A stretch of DNA of 64,000 nt from Hemiscyllium ocellatum (lineage: Eukaryota). The notes beneath the pieces were generated by a model, which was not told the origin of the DNA, did not search any database, and saw nothing but the letters and a program-made list of their open reading frames with translations. Of the stretch, positions 14,319-28,215 are shown in pieces; positions within the stretch are counted from its first letter, which is position 1; each line of letters opens with the position of its first letter. The stretch lies in assembly GCF_020745735.1 (NCBI RefSeq), contig NW_026867476.1, positions 186,001-250,000 of the forward strand, read 5' to 3'. A program made the translations under genes and the position numbers.

Positions 14319-14356
14319 CACACTGCTGCAGATATCGTCGTCCCTGCACAAAAACC
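14319..14356 (+). other. Recombination signal sequence (22-nt spacer)
   Basis: CACACTG + 22 nt + ACAAAAACC (consensus nonamer). Confidence 0.93.
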
Positions 14357-16479
14357 CACACTGAGAGTTCCAATTTATGTCCAGTTGAGGGTGCTGTCAC
14401 AACGATAAACCAAAACTATAATCCAGCCTCAAGAACATTAGACACAGAATCATTCATGAAATATGAAAACAAAGCACAACACTTCTTCTCAAATTTCGCT
14501 TGCAATCGCCGGAACATGAAGTTTATAAATTGTGATGTTGTACACTGAAGATGTTGCTCGTTGATGAGGTTATGTTGGCCTTTTTTTATATATATTTCTT
14601 TTTAGACGTGTCGTAAAGGAAGAGATTCGAACTGTTCTGAAGGCATCTCATTGAAAAGGCATTTCAACTTTGTTTCAAGAAAAATCTATCTTGCGCAATA
14701 AAAGTCAGTAGGCCATTATCCCACTTCAGGTTTTGGTTTGGTTGGAGCAAGCAATCAATTTGAGGCTGCTGGTCAAATAAACAGCTTCATGATGATCCTT
14801 TCTCTTTCTCTTGACATCTCTTCTGTACGAACTTCCGTTTTATTTTACCTTTTTTTTCAAGGGGAAATTTATGGGGATGCTCCACGTATTTGGAATAGCA
14901 TCACTAAGTTGCAATAGTGTCCATTGGGTTTTCAGATAGTTTAAGATACTCTCAATTCTGTTCTCTTTTGTTTGCGTTTCGTTCTTTAGTCTGCAAATAA
15001 ATTCTATTTTGTTTAAAAATGAGTGATTGGACCAGTTGCATCACACCTAAAATATTCACTTACAGCTGTTGAAAGCAACCAGAAAAGTTAGGATCTGGGC
15101 TGCATTCCTGTAATGATTTGTTGGGTTATGGTCTGGTCCAGAAAAAGATTCATGTATATTTAGACATCTTTCAAATGTGTTTTCCTGTATACTTTACTTG
15201 CATCTCTTTCTTCCTGTCTACTGTCTGTTTGTTAATCCCGTTGAAAGCTGTTGCTATTCAAGATTATCTGATCAGAACGACACTGCTTCATGAATATTTA
15301 CATAAAATGAGCACATTTTACAAGTTAAGTTTGAAATTTTCACTCTCGAGAGCAGACTCCCCACAATTCTGATTGTTTTCTCCGATATCCGTTCATTGCT
15401 TTCTGACGATAATCATGAAATAATACTCACCTCTAAATTGACCGCACAATTGCTACAAGCCCATCTCGACAATATAAGCATTATGCAGGCATTAATGGCG
15501 ATTGGGATTGGTCTAGTTCATTGAGAGCTAGTCTCCGTCAGGCAAGCTTCAAAACATTACCTTGTACACAATAATGTGAGCTTTCAGCATCGTGTAATAT
15601 GACAGAAGGTTCTTCAGGGTTGATTTAAAATGTGTTTCTTCCAACCTCATATCTCTTACTGAACAATAGTCATTGCAGTCCTCGAGTATTTCCATTACGT
15701 GGCGCGAAGAGATGATGAAGGGGATGTGTGCAGTGCAATTTGGAATAAAAAATAATTTCATCTCATTTCCAAATTGTGATATTCGTCTGAATTGCAAACA
15801 CTGGTCTTATGTTAATTCTCTTTCATATTTGTTTGAAATCTGTTCTCTGCCTCAACTTAAGATGTATTCAACTGTTAACACAGGAGGAGGACTGAGTGTT
15901 TTGAGCTTTGCTGATGACATTACATGGACTATCTCTATATCTTCTATGAGGGAATGATTCCAGTCAAGCGATGCTTACGGAGCTGATGTTACTTGTGCTG
16001 GCAGGTAATTGGAGCAGTGATCGACAAAAACAACAGCGTTCGGGTAGTCAGACATCTTTTTGAAGTGCAGAAAGCGGACTTTGAAGAGTAGCTCGCCAGC
16101 ATGTTTCAGAGCAACTATTTAAGATGGATATCAGTCTCACTCATGATTCACCTGTTTTGGTTGAGCGTGATCTACTGGAGGATTCTATTCAATCTGTTTC
16201 AGAATGGTGATATTAATCGAGTTGGGATTTAATCCTTTATAAGCAATAACAAGAATATTGCACCTTCCCCAAAACTTTGATTGGAACTTATCTGACTCAA
16301 ACACATGTTGGTGTTGGTGTTAATTGTAATTATTCTTGAGCCTTACTGCATCACTTTTCAAAATTCAGGTAACTGCAGTTTCGAAAGAATAGCAAGGCAT
16401 TGGAGTTCATAAAATCGATATATATTACGTATTAGTTTGTAGTATGAACTGAACAAAGACGGTGAGTTTGTTTTCAGCG

Positions 16480-16615
16480 CTCCTGATGAAGGGCTTATAC
16501 CTAAAACGTCGATTCTCCTGCTTATCGGGTGATGCCTGACCTGTTGTGTTTTTGTAGCACCACCTTCTCGACTCTCATGTGCAACATCGGCAGTCCTCAC
16601 TTTTTCCTGAGTTGG
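16480..16615 (+). mobile_element. Short PLE 3'-end fragment with mutated hammerhead core
   Basis: cctgatgaagggcttatacctaaaacgtcga...gcagtcctcacttt matches the termini at 8721 and 37560-37690. Confidence 0.7.
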
Positions 16616-19600
16616 TTTTTACTGCAACAAGGATGCTGAAGGAATTCAGTTATTTCAAACAATAAGTATGTTATGTAACAGAAGATGCTTAATTGTTTCC
16701 AGGAGACGAACGTTCTATAATCGGAACGACGAAGGAAAATTGAGTTAATTTAAAGAATTGATGTGCATTAAAATCTGAAATATGTATATTTGTTTGACAG
16801 TGCAGTCTCTAACAAGTAAACTGCATAGACGTTGCGTCTGGGTCTGTGCAATTGCGTGGCTCTGCGAGTCTCTCTAAGTGTTTGTCAAGCTCTACGTGTT
16901 TCTATACGTATGACTGCGTGTTGGTATGTCAATGGCTTTATCTGTGTGGGCATCTCTACGTTTATATAATATTTGTGAATCTATGTGCATTTTTTTCTGT
17001 ATGTGTGTGTGTGCGTGCTTATCTTTATGAGTGTTTATAACTATTTGCAAAGAAGTGCGTCCTTTCATGTGTATCTGTGCATGCACATCTGCGTGCAATA
17101 ATTGATAAACTTCATCTCACAGGCTGCATGGATGTAAAAGTATCAATGACTCTCCATCTAGTCATTAAAATTATATTATGCAGACATCCGCTGCCAATCC
17201 GATACAACAACAAAGCAGAGTTTGCAGTGAACAGGTCTAAAAAAAAGTGGACTCAAATGTTAAATATGTTTCTCTCTCCATAGATGCCATCAGACCGACT
17301 CAATATCCAAATTTGAGGTTCTTATTTCCGATTTCCAGCACTTTCATTTTTTTATTTTCATTACAGTTCCTCCACCGCTCTGGAATGAGATAGAATGATA
17401 ATTTGTAGAATGCCCCATTTAATTTAAAAGATGGGAGAAATTCTCCCACTGAATTGGAATTTAATAATTTGCCTTGTCAATCGGTCAGTGGAATAAATAG
17501 ATCTGATGACTATCGTCAGCCAAGAGACGATGAATGTCTCCAGGAGTGAAACAGTCAGACTGTGTTGCAGCTGAGATTATCAATTTGTTAGCATTGTCCT
17601 GTAGGTGCCTTGCCTCTGGAACTTTTATGTGAAGAGTAACAATGTACCAGTCACATCGGTACGTGAAATTACCGAACTTTTTGGCATTTCTCAAATTAAT
17701 TAAAAATTTTTCATTAGCAAACCAAAGAGGATGAAGATCTGACATGGAAGTATTCGTAATGTAAGGTGCCCATTTAGTGGCATTGGTGTTCTCTAACAAA
17801 CAAATTCCCACGCATTGGTCTTACAGGAGAACGAAAAACACACGATAATTGGTGGAAAGCATCCAAAGAAATAACAGCACATTATTCATTGTGAAGTTTC
17901 GAAGGGAATTCTTCATATCCCACCCTCCTCATTTACATAACAGGCAATGATAGTTTTGTAAATCAGCACTTGTTTTAAGTGAGAAGCATTCTTGATAGAT
18001 AATAATTTAAAATACCCAATTTCCAAATTCGTATAAATCGTAATTTTTTGTTCTCCTCAGATGTTGATTTTGAAGGTGAAGCGGTGTCTCAAAATTTTAG
18101 CTATAATGATCGGCTATATTTTATGCTAATGTTGGCAACAGCCAGAGTCAGTATACGTGAACACAACAGTGACGACGGCAAAACAGACAAAGCTCCAAAC
18201 CTTGACTGGAAAAATAAGTTTATCTATTTCTCAATGGCAACTGTTGTCTGTTACAAATTTCTGAAAAAATAAAACCAGCCCTATCAGTCGATAAAATCTG
18301 GTCAAGGTTGGGAGAGCTCCTGTTTTAGGTGTGCATTGTAGAATCGTGGACAAATGTAGCAATAATACGTGATCCTCTCAGTTGGTCAAGGACACTCAAT
18401 GTCATATCCAAGCTAACGCAATTTCAAACAATCACACGGTTGTTTCCCAGAGCAAGTGTGAAATGACCTGCAACGTTCACTCAGACGGAATGACCCAAAA
18501 CAGGATCAGATGTTTGGGAAGAGGCTCTCGTTTCCACGGTGAATAATTTGGTGTCATGCCTCTGGATGTTCCCATTTCAACAGGTATGCCTCTCAGGATC
18601 TGCGAAAGCTTTCAGTGGCGAGCTGACTGCGCTTGAATGCTGACATGATAATTAGATGTCCTGATACCAGAGAACCGGGTGAAGCTGAGTTGTGTGGAAA
18701 TCCTTTTTTGTTAATCGTGATTAGCAAACTCCAAATTGTAAACCATGAAATAGAACGATCCAGTAATATGAGAAGATTACTGAAGATCAATGATCATTCA
18801 AGATAATTTGCATTTGGATTTTGTTTTCGACATCACAGTCACTCCTTGACAAAATCTGCTCGTAGCGTATAAACTGTTTCTTATGCAGCAACAATCTCTG
18901 ATCAACTAAACCCTATGAAAATGATGGTGTCAAATTGGCCGCAAAATTGTCGGGGAAGATGAGTGATACTGCATAATATAATAGGGAGGCAAAGAACATG
19001 AACAAAAAATTAAATGCCATTGAAAGTGATCCAATAAATTTATGAAAAGTTTTGAATAGTAAGTAATAAATTATATAAATGAGTATACATTTGCAAGTGA
19101 TCCTCGCCTACTCTTGATGTGGCTTGTTCTTTACTATGATTTTTCAGACAATTCCCTGATACTCAAAGAAGAGGTTAAATAACTGCCCAGCTTACAGCGT
19201 GAGGGATCCCTCTAGTAGACACTAAGTGGAACTCTGAGCGTGCACTTTTTTACAGAATAAGCTGTAACTCTGTAGCAGAGTAAGGGTTTCAAAACAATCA
19301 AATAAACAACACTTTCGTAAGGAAATTTCCCAGAGGTGCATAAAGGGACAGGTTTATTTTCTTTGTGAAAAAGTCTTGTAATTCTGGACACGTCAATTTA
19401 TCCTCCACATTACGTATCTTCAGGAAATATCTCAGAATTCCCAGGTGACGCTGAATGCATCAGCATATAATTTGGCAACGTAAACATCGGTAAGCACAGT
19501 CCAGTTTTATGTTCTCTCCCTCCTGGACGTTAATTCAGATTGCAACATTGAGTCATTATCACGCGTTCCTGAGAGGTGCATGCAAAGTACCTCTGCAGTC

Positions 19601-20651
19601 ACACTGTAAAAATAACCCCTAGAAGACACGCCAGCTACTTAAAGCACATTTAACAATTAACAACATCATTTCTATCAGTAAATAATATATGCAGCCTGTT
19701 ATGCCTCGTTTACCGCGAGCATCTCCCTTCGGCAGAATTCGGTTCTCTGTAATAACAAAAGCCCCAATCAACAAAATCTGAAAACGTTAACATCCTCTGA
19801 TTAGTTCTTTGAATTTCTTAGTGCCTCTTTGTCGCCATTTTTTTAGCTCGATCTCTGTTTATCTGTTAGGTGAACGTCCTACTGAAATATGCATTATATC
19901 TGCCATAAAATGTTTGGCAATATATGCGATATTCGGAGAGAACAAAGAGCGAGACAGATTTGACCAACGACACCAGCAGGTGGCGAATATTACGTTGTGG
20001 TGTTTACACTTCAATTCGGAGCTCAAACTGCATCCATAAATGTTCTTTCCCCTTCCTTAAATCCAGTGAAAGAATAATAATCAAAGATCAGAAGGAAAGT
20101 AAACCAAATATTGACTGAAGAAGTAAGAAACAGGAAAATTGAGAGACTCACAATTAAAAGTGAAGCAATGAAGGTGTTCAGTGATACTCTGACAGCACTT
20201 GAGGGAAAAAGTAAGAAATTATGTCAGGTTCAATAATTTCAAAACTACAATCACTACTTCATATGGAAGTGTGACGGAAATCGCTTCTTTGTGTAGAATT
20301 GAATCAGTTGCAATGTAATAAAAGGGAAGCGACTGTGAGAGAAGGAGGGAGAGAAATCAAGAGAAAGGGGGTGGAGACACAGAAGAGGGAGAGAGATCAT
20401 TTTCACTTGTAGTTGCAAAAGGACATTATTTGAAGCAAACCAATCACAGAGTCTGACGTACAATTACGTCTCGTGATGATGACACACAATAATCTGTTCT
20501 GCAGCAGGTCCTCAGTCAGACTGTCTCGCGACCAGGAGATTTGAAAGGTCTCCCCTCTCGCTCACATAGCTACCATTGACATTCTTGGTCCAAGGAGTCA
20601 GTTTTGGTCTGGAAACCAACGCTTCATTGTGTCGCCTCTGTTTTCATCATA

Positions 20652-21079
20652 ATGAACATAAAGATCTGCAATGATCTTTTTCCCGTTGGTGCTCTGATGT
20701 TCTTGATATTTTGTGAGTTTGTTTTTCTAATCAGATGCCGTGTTTTACCAATATCATAATACCTCCTGATTTTTGATTGACATTTCTTCCATTACAGCAT
20801 CCCAGTGTGAGGATCAGATCTCACATGTATATGAGGTGGTGTCAAAGGAAGGGCAGCAGGTTGAACTGGACTGTCAGCTTGTCGTTAGTTCAACAGAAAC
20901 AGTAGCCTGGTACAGGCAAACACTGATAGGGGCTCCAACATTTATCGGGTCCATATACCAGGGCAATGAATCTAAAGGTCGATACATGCTGTCCTTAGAC
21001 CGAGCGAAGAAGTTCAACATCATCTCAATTGATGATACCTTGGTCGAGGACGTCGGAATATATTACTGCGCGATGTAAG
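20652..21079 (+). CDS. TCR alpha-type V gene segment, probably functional (leader 20652-20712, intron 20713-20797, V exon 20798-21079)
   Basis: Leader MNIKICNDLFPVGALMFLIF with phase-1 GTGAGT donor; VELDC..VAWYRQ..EDVGIYYCAM; a TAA sits immediately before the RSS. Confidence 0.92.
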
Positions 21080-21118
21080 CACAGTAAGACAATGTGTGAA
21101 TGCCATTGCACAATATCT
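21080..21118 (+). other. RSS (23-nt spacer)
   Basis: CACAGTA + 23 nt + ACAATATCT. Confidence 0.85.
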
Positions 21119-21448
21119 TGGCGGTGCCATGTCTCTGCTGCCATGTTTACCTTTATATATGTGTTGAGTATTACACATGATAAAGCTATTTCAGAACGTT
21201 TTTTCCTGTTACTGTAGGGTGAAGCTACAAAATCTTATTAATGATTACTCCAGACAAGTATGGGAAGGGCCATCAATTGATGTTCTCTCTTCTGTTGTGT
21301 TATATTTAAAGTTGAATGACAGACAGAAAAACAGCTTTGCCTTTAATATACCACGACAGAGAGAAATGCTTATTTCACGGACACTTTATTTAGTTCTCGT
21401 TAAAGAAACGTTAAGTTGACTTTGTAAACTTCTGATCTTGTTTTGCAG

Positions 21449-21768
21449 CTATTCCTTGCCAGTCAGAAGGAGTCCTGATATCTATTTATCAGGGAATAGT
21501 CGGACAAAACATTTCACTCCAGCACACCTTTACTATTTCCACGAATGACGTTGTGTTCTGGTACAGACAGGTCTCGAAACAAGCTCCCGAGTACCTCGGC
21601 TCAACATTCAGGGATGAAAGAATTGAAGGAAGATTTAAAATATCTGTCGACCGTAAGAAAGGCTCCACCACTCTGGCTGTTAACACAGTTGAGCTGTCAG
21701 ACACCGCGGTCTATTACAGTGCAGTCACACACAGTGAAACAAAAAGAGCATGAGGCTGTACAAGAACT
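21449..21768 (+). pseudogene. TCR V segment with open frame and intact RSS but lacking both canonical cysteines; no clean leader found
   Basis: Exon from acceptor 21447-21448 reads NISLQH (Cys->His) ... VFWYRQ ... DTAVYYS (Cys->Ser). RSS is CACAGTG 21730-21736 + 23 nt + ACAAGAACT 21760-21768. Confidence 0.85.
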
Positions 21769-24229
21769 TCTCCGGCCTGAGGATTGAGGTGATCACAAGA
21801 GAGCAGACTGCTGAGTTAAAAGCAAAGCAAGGAAAAACTTTCAAATTAGTTTAAAGAAATCTAATTCGCTACAATAGCCAGTTCAGTTTTTATTTTCATT
21901 ATTTTGTACATAATCAAATCAGACCAGAATAAAATATCTCTGTAATTTATCTGAGCTGTGTTCCTTTGTAAATCTTTGCTGCAGAAGTCATCCTAGAGTT
22001 TCTCCTGTAGCTGTTTCCTATTCCACGTTCCCAAACTCTTTTGCTTGGGACAGCACAGGGAAAGATGTATTTTCTTCTTCATCAATCCATGTTGACTGTG
22101 GAAAAATACAATTCAGAAGGGAGATTTGTTTTGATTCATTCTCTATTGTACATCACAGTTTCTGATAGGACAGAGAAGATGGACATTTTCTCAGTTCCAA
22201 ACCTAACATGTTGCTGCTTGATACATTCCAACATTGTTGATTTTCAAAATTATAGAAATTATATTTATGAGGATTACCAATATACAAACTAAAATATCTA
22301 CCACCTTGAATCATGGAATTGTTGAATTTTGATTGTGGTCCTCATAACTATAACTTGACAAATTTCAAGCTTTCGTTTCTAAATCAATATTCAGTGACTA
22401 TGCAGGGCACATTATTGGTCTGAAGCTAATCTGTTTCACTTAAAAGAGCAGTGTTCGTGATCGAATTCAGCAATTCAGGAACTCAGATAAGTCATCGCAG
22501 ATTTAAATGCAAATTACATAAACAAAGCATATGAAAGGAATAAATCACGTCAATTACATAAGTCATCATTGCAATGGCAATATGAATGATTTGATGAAAT
22601 AATAACCCATCGAAGCCATTCAGCAATATTTGAGAGAAAAATAGAATCGATGCCAAAACATCAGAAATCCACTGAATGTCAGTGCAGTAGATTTGCTGTG
22701 ACCATAATTTACAGAACTGTCAGTTTACCCCTGCCCCAGCTGACACCTGGGCATTACAGGAAATAAAATTATGCCATCCTTCACTTTGTTCGATGCTTTA
22801 GTTTGGTTCAGGAACTTTGCACAACATGTTCGTGTGTAGGGCATGAGAGAGTAACGAAGAAAGGAACTTTTTTGAATAAATGCACGTGTGTGCAAATAGA
22901 CAGGTGCTGTGAAAAAAAGAATTAACAACATCTTCATCAGCATTCGCTCGCCGAGATGCCATAAGCATGTGCCAATCATTTTATACACAGACGTAATTGG
23001 CCAATAAAGTGAATTCTTTTCAATATACCCAGGCTACCACAACCCTTTAGTGTGACACAGAAAGGCCATTTAATTTCTGGGCGTGACCTAAAGACGTGTA
23101 GAAGGAAACGAAACAGTGTTGTCAATTTATTCCGATCTGATAATAAGTGCAACTGATCCAAATGCAGTTAAAACAAAAACATATCTAACTTCATCAAGAC
23201 AGACTTATTAACCGATAGTTGAATGCAGAAAGAGAAATGATCCAAAATAAGTCAAATCGAGAAGATCTAATGTAATATAATGAGTGTCAAAGTCAAGTCA
23301 CATATACACATTGACGCTGTCTGGTATAGCATTAACAATACTAACAAGTTAACATACTGTAATGGAAATAATTATGTTATCCCATATTGCAATAACTTTA
23401 TGGCTCAGTGACCCTATGAACAGAAAGTGAGATGGATCCTTGTGTGATAATCATTGAGGTCAAACGAGTAGAATTATGCTGACGAGATACAGAACCTGAA
23501 GAGTCATCGCAATATCTGCACCACCTAAGGTTAATCTGGCGATTAAAGAGATACAAACAATTGAAAATACAATCTGTTTCTTGAAGAATGAAATACGATG
23601 CAAGGACATCTGTCTGTAATGCACGAAGGTGTGGGTGCATGGATTATTCAGATTTAAACAAAAAGCAGGGTTTGTTGAAACACCAAGACAGAACGAAGTT
23701 AACTTGAAAGTTGAGGAGACAGAGAATTATTAAACACATATCAGGGCCTGACTGGCAAGGGCAAAATCATGCCGACAAATCATGAAGGCAAGCATAGGTT
23801 CAATACTGATTGGAACCTGGTAAGACTCTGATACAGTTAATACTTTCTGAAATTATTATGGCGCCAATATCACCACGGGCAGTTAAAAGACAGAACACCC
23901 TCTGTGACTGTTGGAGACGAGCGATTGCACAATAATAGTCAGGGCCTGGCGAAAACTAATGCAGGCAGAGTCCAGATAATCCATGCAATTAAATCAGGCC
24001 TGTCCCACTATTAATGAGGGTGCATATTTCATTGACAACTTAACACACACTAGTTTCGCAGCAAATCCGAGTCAAAAGGCATCATTTTTCAGTATATTCC
24101 ATATGCAACTCTGAATCTGCCAGATGGAGATAAGTTGTTAAACATGTAAAATGTGCAGTCTTTTTTCGTACAGGCATGTAGCAATGCTTAACAACGCTTA
24201 ATCCGGTGCATATTACGAAAGTGAAGGAA

Positions 24230-26010
24230 TGCCTGTCAGTGGATGTGCGTGTGAATATATGTGTGCAGATGCATGTGTATGTGTGTGTCTGAGAGACAAT
24301 ATGTGTCTGAGAGAAAACATGTTTGTAAGAGCGAGTGTGTGTGTGCATGTGAGTGTGTGTGTGAAGATGTACAGTGCAGTGGAATACTCTGTAGTGTGAC
24401 ATGAACCCAAAATCTCGATTCAGGTCATTCTCATGGATACTGAACTTGATGATCAACCTCTGCTCGACTACTCTGTCTTATTTGGATCTAAAGTCCGCCT
24501 TGGAAGATGTTCACCCGAAGATCCAAAGCCGAATATACTTCACTGCTGAAGTGTTCCCCGATTGAGAGGGAACATGCTTGGCTGGTGATTGCTACATTGT
24601 GTTCATTTATCCACTGTCTTAGGATCCGCGTGGTCTGGCCAATATACTATGCCTGAGAGCAGCATAGCCTGCAATCTATGAGATAGAAAACGTTGGCTGA
24701 ATCACGTGAGTTACTGCCACACACGTTGAGGGTAGTGGCCCAACATTTAACTGTACTATCCATGTCGATGGTCTTACATGCCTTGCTCTTTGTTGGGATG
24801 TTTGCTCTTGAGTTCAATGTCGTCTTGAAGGCTGGGAGTTTTGCTGTGAACAATGGTCTGTTTATGCATCTCTGTCATGACAACCGCTGCAAGACATGAC
24901 AGAATATCATAACAACTGGGGACGCCATCCACCTGGTGAGTGGCAGATATTCATGTGACTCAGCCAAAATTGTCGACCTCAAATGTTGCAAGTAAGGTTG
25001 CCCTGAGGCATGGTATATTGGCGAGACCAAGAGGAAGCTACAACAATGGATGAATGGACATCACGCAACAATCTCTAAAAGGGGATGCTCCCTCCCAGAT
25101 GGGGAACATTTCGTGAGTCAAGAAGGATCGGCCTCGGATCTTCAGGTGACTATCCACCAAGAAGAACTTTGGGATCCACAACAGTTGTCGAGCAGAGGCT
25201 GATAGCCAATTTCGGTATTCATGAGGACAGCTTCAAAAGGATGTGATTCATGTCACACTCCAGGGTCCTCCACGACACTATACACCCTGACACACACCCT
25301 CACACACAGCACATAACCATACACGTACTCATACTCTTGGGCACGCGATCACTCTCAGACCCTTCATCATATATATACTGTCTCTCAGACACACTCACAC
25401 GCACACACTCACACTCACATGCACACCCTCTAACAGGCATATACTCCAAAACACTCATGCGCACGCTTTCTCAAGCACACATTCTCCCTCTCCCAAACAC
25501 ACATCGTTTCTCTCTCCCTCACACTCATGCATACGCACATAAAATTTGATGGGGTAACATTGCGTCTGCAGATTTGTCTTTGCAAGTGCATTCAATTTTG
25601 TTCAAAAACTGTAGACAGTCATTTCCTGTGATATTTGAAACTTCCCACTTCGGAAACAGAACCAGTATGACTAATGGTTGGGATACACTAACTACATATC
25701 ATTAATGTCTGAACTGAGATGTCACTTTTTTAAAATAAATCCTTGTTATCTTTGGACTGACTTGAGACCTGTTCTGAGATTTACATATTAATCAATCGAA
25801 CACTGCATCCTCATTGCAAGTGATTAAAGACTGAACAGTAATCGAGTTTTGTGAAATGCATTGCATGATTGGTATGACACTTTAACCTTCATTAGAAGTG
25901 TTGCGTTCTATGATCCCGCCACACTGGCTACCTGACGAAGAAGCGGCTCACCCACAGCTTGTACATACAGATACACTCGTTGGAAAGTAACCTGCTGTTG
26001 TGCGATTTTT
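24230..26010. mobile_element. Degenerate PLE of a third family, apparently two fragments in opposite orientation with CA/TG-rich tails
   Basis: Plus strand 24950-25080 reads CC..GCPEAWYIGETKRKLQQWMNGH (GIY-YIG); CA-rich tail at 25250-25550; TG-rich mirror at 24230-24400. Confidence 0.55.
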
Positions 26011-27926
26011 AACATTTCAATATAATTATCCTGTCTGCGCTGGCCTGCAGCATCCCAGTAGCTTACGCGAATTAAGCTACCTCATAGCTTAATGACATCA
26101 AGAAGTTTGGGATAAGGATGAATCATGCAATCATTTTATAGATTGTCACGTGATGTATCCCTGATTCTCGAGGCACGTCAACTATGATTAGTCCACCATC
26201 TTTGAATACTCTTTCCCTTTCCATTCTTTGATTTCTCCGCATTAATTCATCACAGCAACTTAACGTAATCTAGTAATCGCAAATCTATCTACCAATTTCC
26301 TGCGTGGTATGTTATCAAAAACTTTCAAATATCTCAAAATACGTCACATCCGCTGGTTGTCCCTTCTTGATGCTACAGTTTAAATCCACAAAACGAATGC
26401 AAGTGGATTTGTCAAATATTCCTTTCCTTTATAACGTCATATTGAATCATCTCAAACGTATCATTATTTCGAAATATCAACTTATGGTCTGCTTCATGAT
26501 ATGACCTGACATTTTCCCTGCAAATGGCATTCAACAGGTCTTTGGTTCCTATTTTCTTCTCCCGCCCTTCTTAAATAGTTCGGCCATTTTCCCTTCTTTC
26601 TAAACGTCACGACCCTTGCCAGAAATTCTTGCATTTCCAACGATAACCAACAGTACTTGCATTGTCTCTCCTCACACCTCATTCAAGATTTTGCAATGGG
26701 CTCCATTTGGTCCAGGGATTTTAGCCACCTTTATTACAAGAGGTTTTCTGTTCTCATTGCCAAAGGCTTTGCAAGTGTTGGCCTCCTCCTCAGACATCAT
26801 CCATTACTGGTGAATCATTATTTCAAATTGTTGGAATTTAAATATAGGCCAGTTTAGACATGTTGTAAAATGCACTGAGACAAGCTGGAGATGCACCAAT
26901 ATCTTGCTGGTTAGCAGTCAGGTGCGCTATCCATTGCATCGCGCACCCAGGACATAGTTTTGACATATTCACTGCAGAGTTGAGATGTTAACAGAATCAC
27001 AAGTGAGAATGGTAACAACCTAATGAAAAGCAAAGATAATAACTGCCAATGCTTCGATTGAGCCTTTACTGTAAAACAAACCATTTTTGTCTTCATGTTC
27101 ATGATCACCTCTTTTCCTGCTGGACCTTTCTCTTAATTCAGTCACAGTCATTCCTCCATTTTGTCCTCCAATCTCGTGCAATGTTCTTTCATGCTTAGTG
27201 CGAGGTCTATTGCAGTCAAGACCTCGAATAAATTCAATGAGAATCTTCTGGTAATTTCTAGCAAGGGTTCTGGAAACAGACGAGTTGAACAACACGTTTT
27301 ATTGGTGCTGCACATTCGCTGCAGCTCAATGCTTCAAAGCAGGCCTCTGCCAGTATCAACTGATTCGTAGTTTCGTTCAGTTTTCCTGCTGGACAACATC
27401 AAATTATCATAAATTCACTTTGTTCAGAGTGACATCCAAGACGACAATATGAATAGTTTCAATGTTTCACGCTGTGCACCCGATTGGAAGGAGATTGTTA
27501 CGGGGAAATCTGATACTGCATATTCCTACAATCAGCATATGGGACAATCAGGTTAATGAGACCCTGTTGTCTCTTTTAGCAGTCGTGCAAAAGCAGATCA
27601 AATCTAAATACCATTTACCTTAAACTCTGTGGCCCGGCTTTCCAGGTTCTTACTGAGCAATATCCGTGTAAATCTTTTGCCAATATGTTCGGCTTTAATG
27701 AAGACAAACCTACTGCAGCCATTAAGTATATGAACATGTATTTCATAAATATTTGTTTTGTAATGGCCTTCGTGTAATATGTTTAGCATTCCAAATGGTT
27801 CCAAAAATAACAGACATGATGGGCCAAATGGTCTGTTTTTGTGCTGTATGGTTCTATGATTGATAATGACTGCTTCTTCACTCTCTTGACTAAATTATCA
27901 AGAAGTTATAACATTGTTGGTGAATA

Positions 27927-28149
27927 AAAGCCGAAAGAACTGCAGATGCTGTAAATCAGAAACTGAAGCCAATGTCGCTTGAAAAGATCAGCAGGTCTGT
28001 AACATCTGTGAAGAAATGTCAGAGTTAATGTTTCGGGTGGTGCCTCTTCCAGTTCTGTGGAAGGATGGCAGGATCCGAAACAGTAACTGATTTTTCTTCA
28101 GAGACTCTCCGAGACCTGTTTAGATTTTCCAGCAACTTCTGTTTTGTTC
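27927..28149. mobile_element. Short inverted-repeat element built from PLE-like termini
   Basis: aactgcagatgctg...gtttcggg...ccgaaac...ccagcaacttctgttt forms a decayed palindrome. Confidence 0.6.
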
Positions 28150-28150
28150 A

Positions 28151-28215
28151 TGGCATTATTGCTGTTGATAGTACTGAGATGAAAGACACTGAAGTGTATC
28201 ATTGTGCAATGGCAT
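28151..28215 (+). pseudogene. 3' relic of a TCR V exon
   Basis: IIAVDSTEMKDTEVYHCAM resembles IISIDDTLVEDVGIYYCAM of the V at 20798-21079; no recognisable RSS. Confidence 0.45.

Noticed and set aside
15770-15960. Possible V relic (IRLNCK..SYLF..TISISSMRE)
   Set aside because: Spacing is too short, with no Trp, second Cys or RSS.
17500-17770. Possible very old V relic (VSQETMNVSRSETVRLCCS*)
   Set aside because: Only framework 1 is suggestive; no WYxQ, YxC or RSS. It needs tblastn.
18060-18150. Acceptor followed by EGEAVSQ, resembling a V start
   Set aside because: Similarity ends after a few codons.
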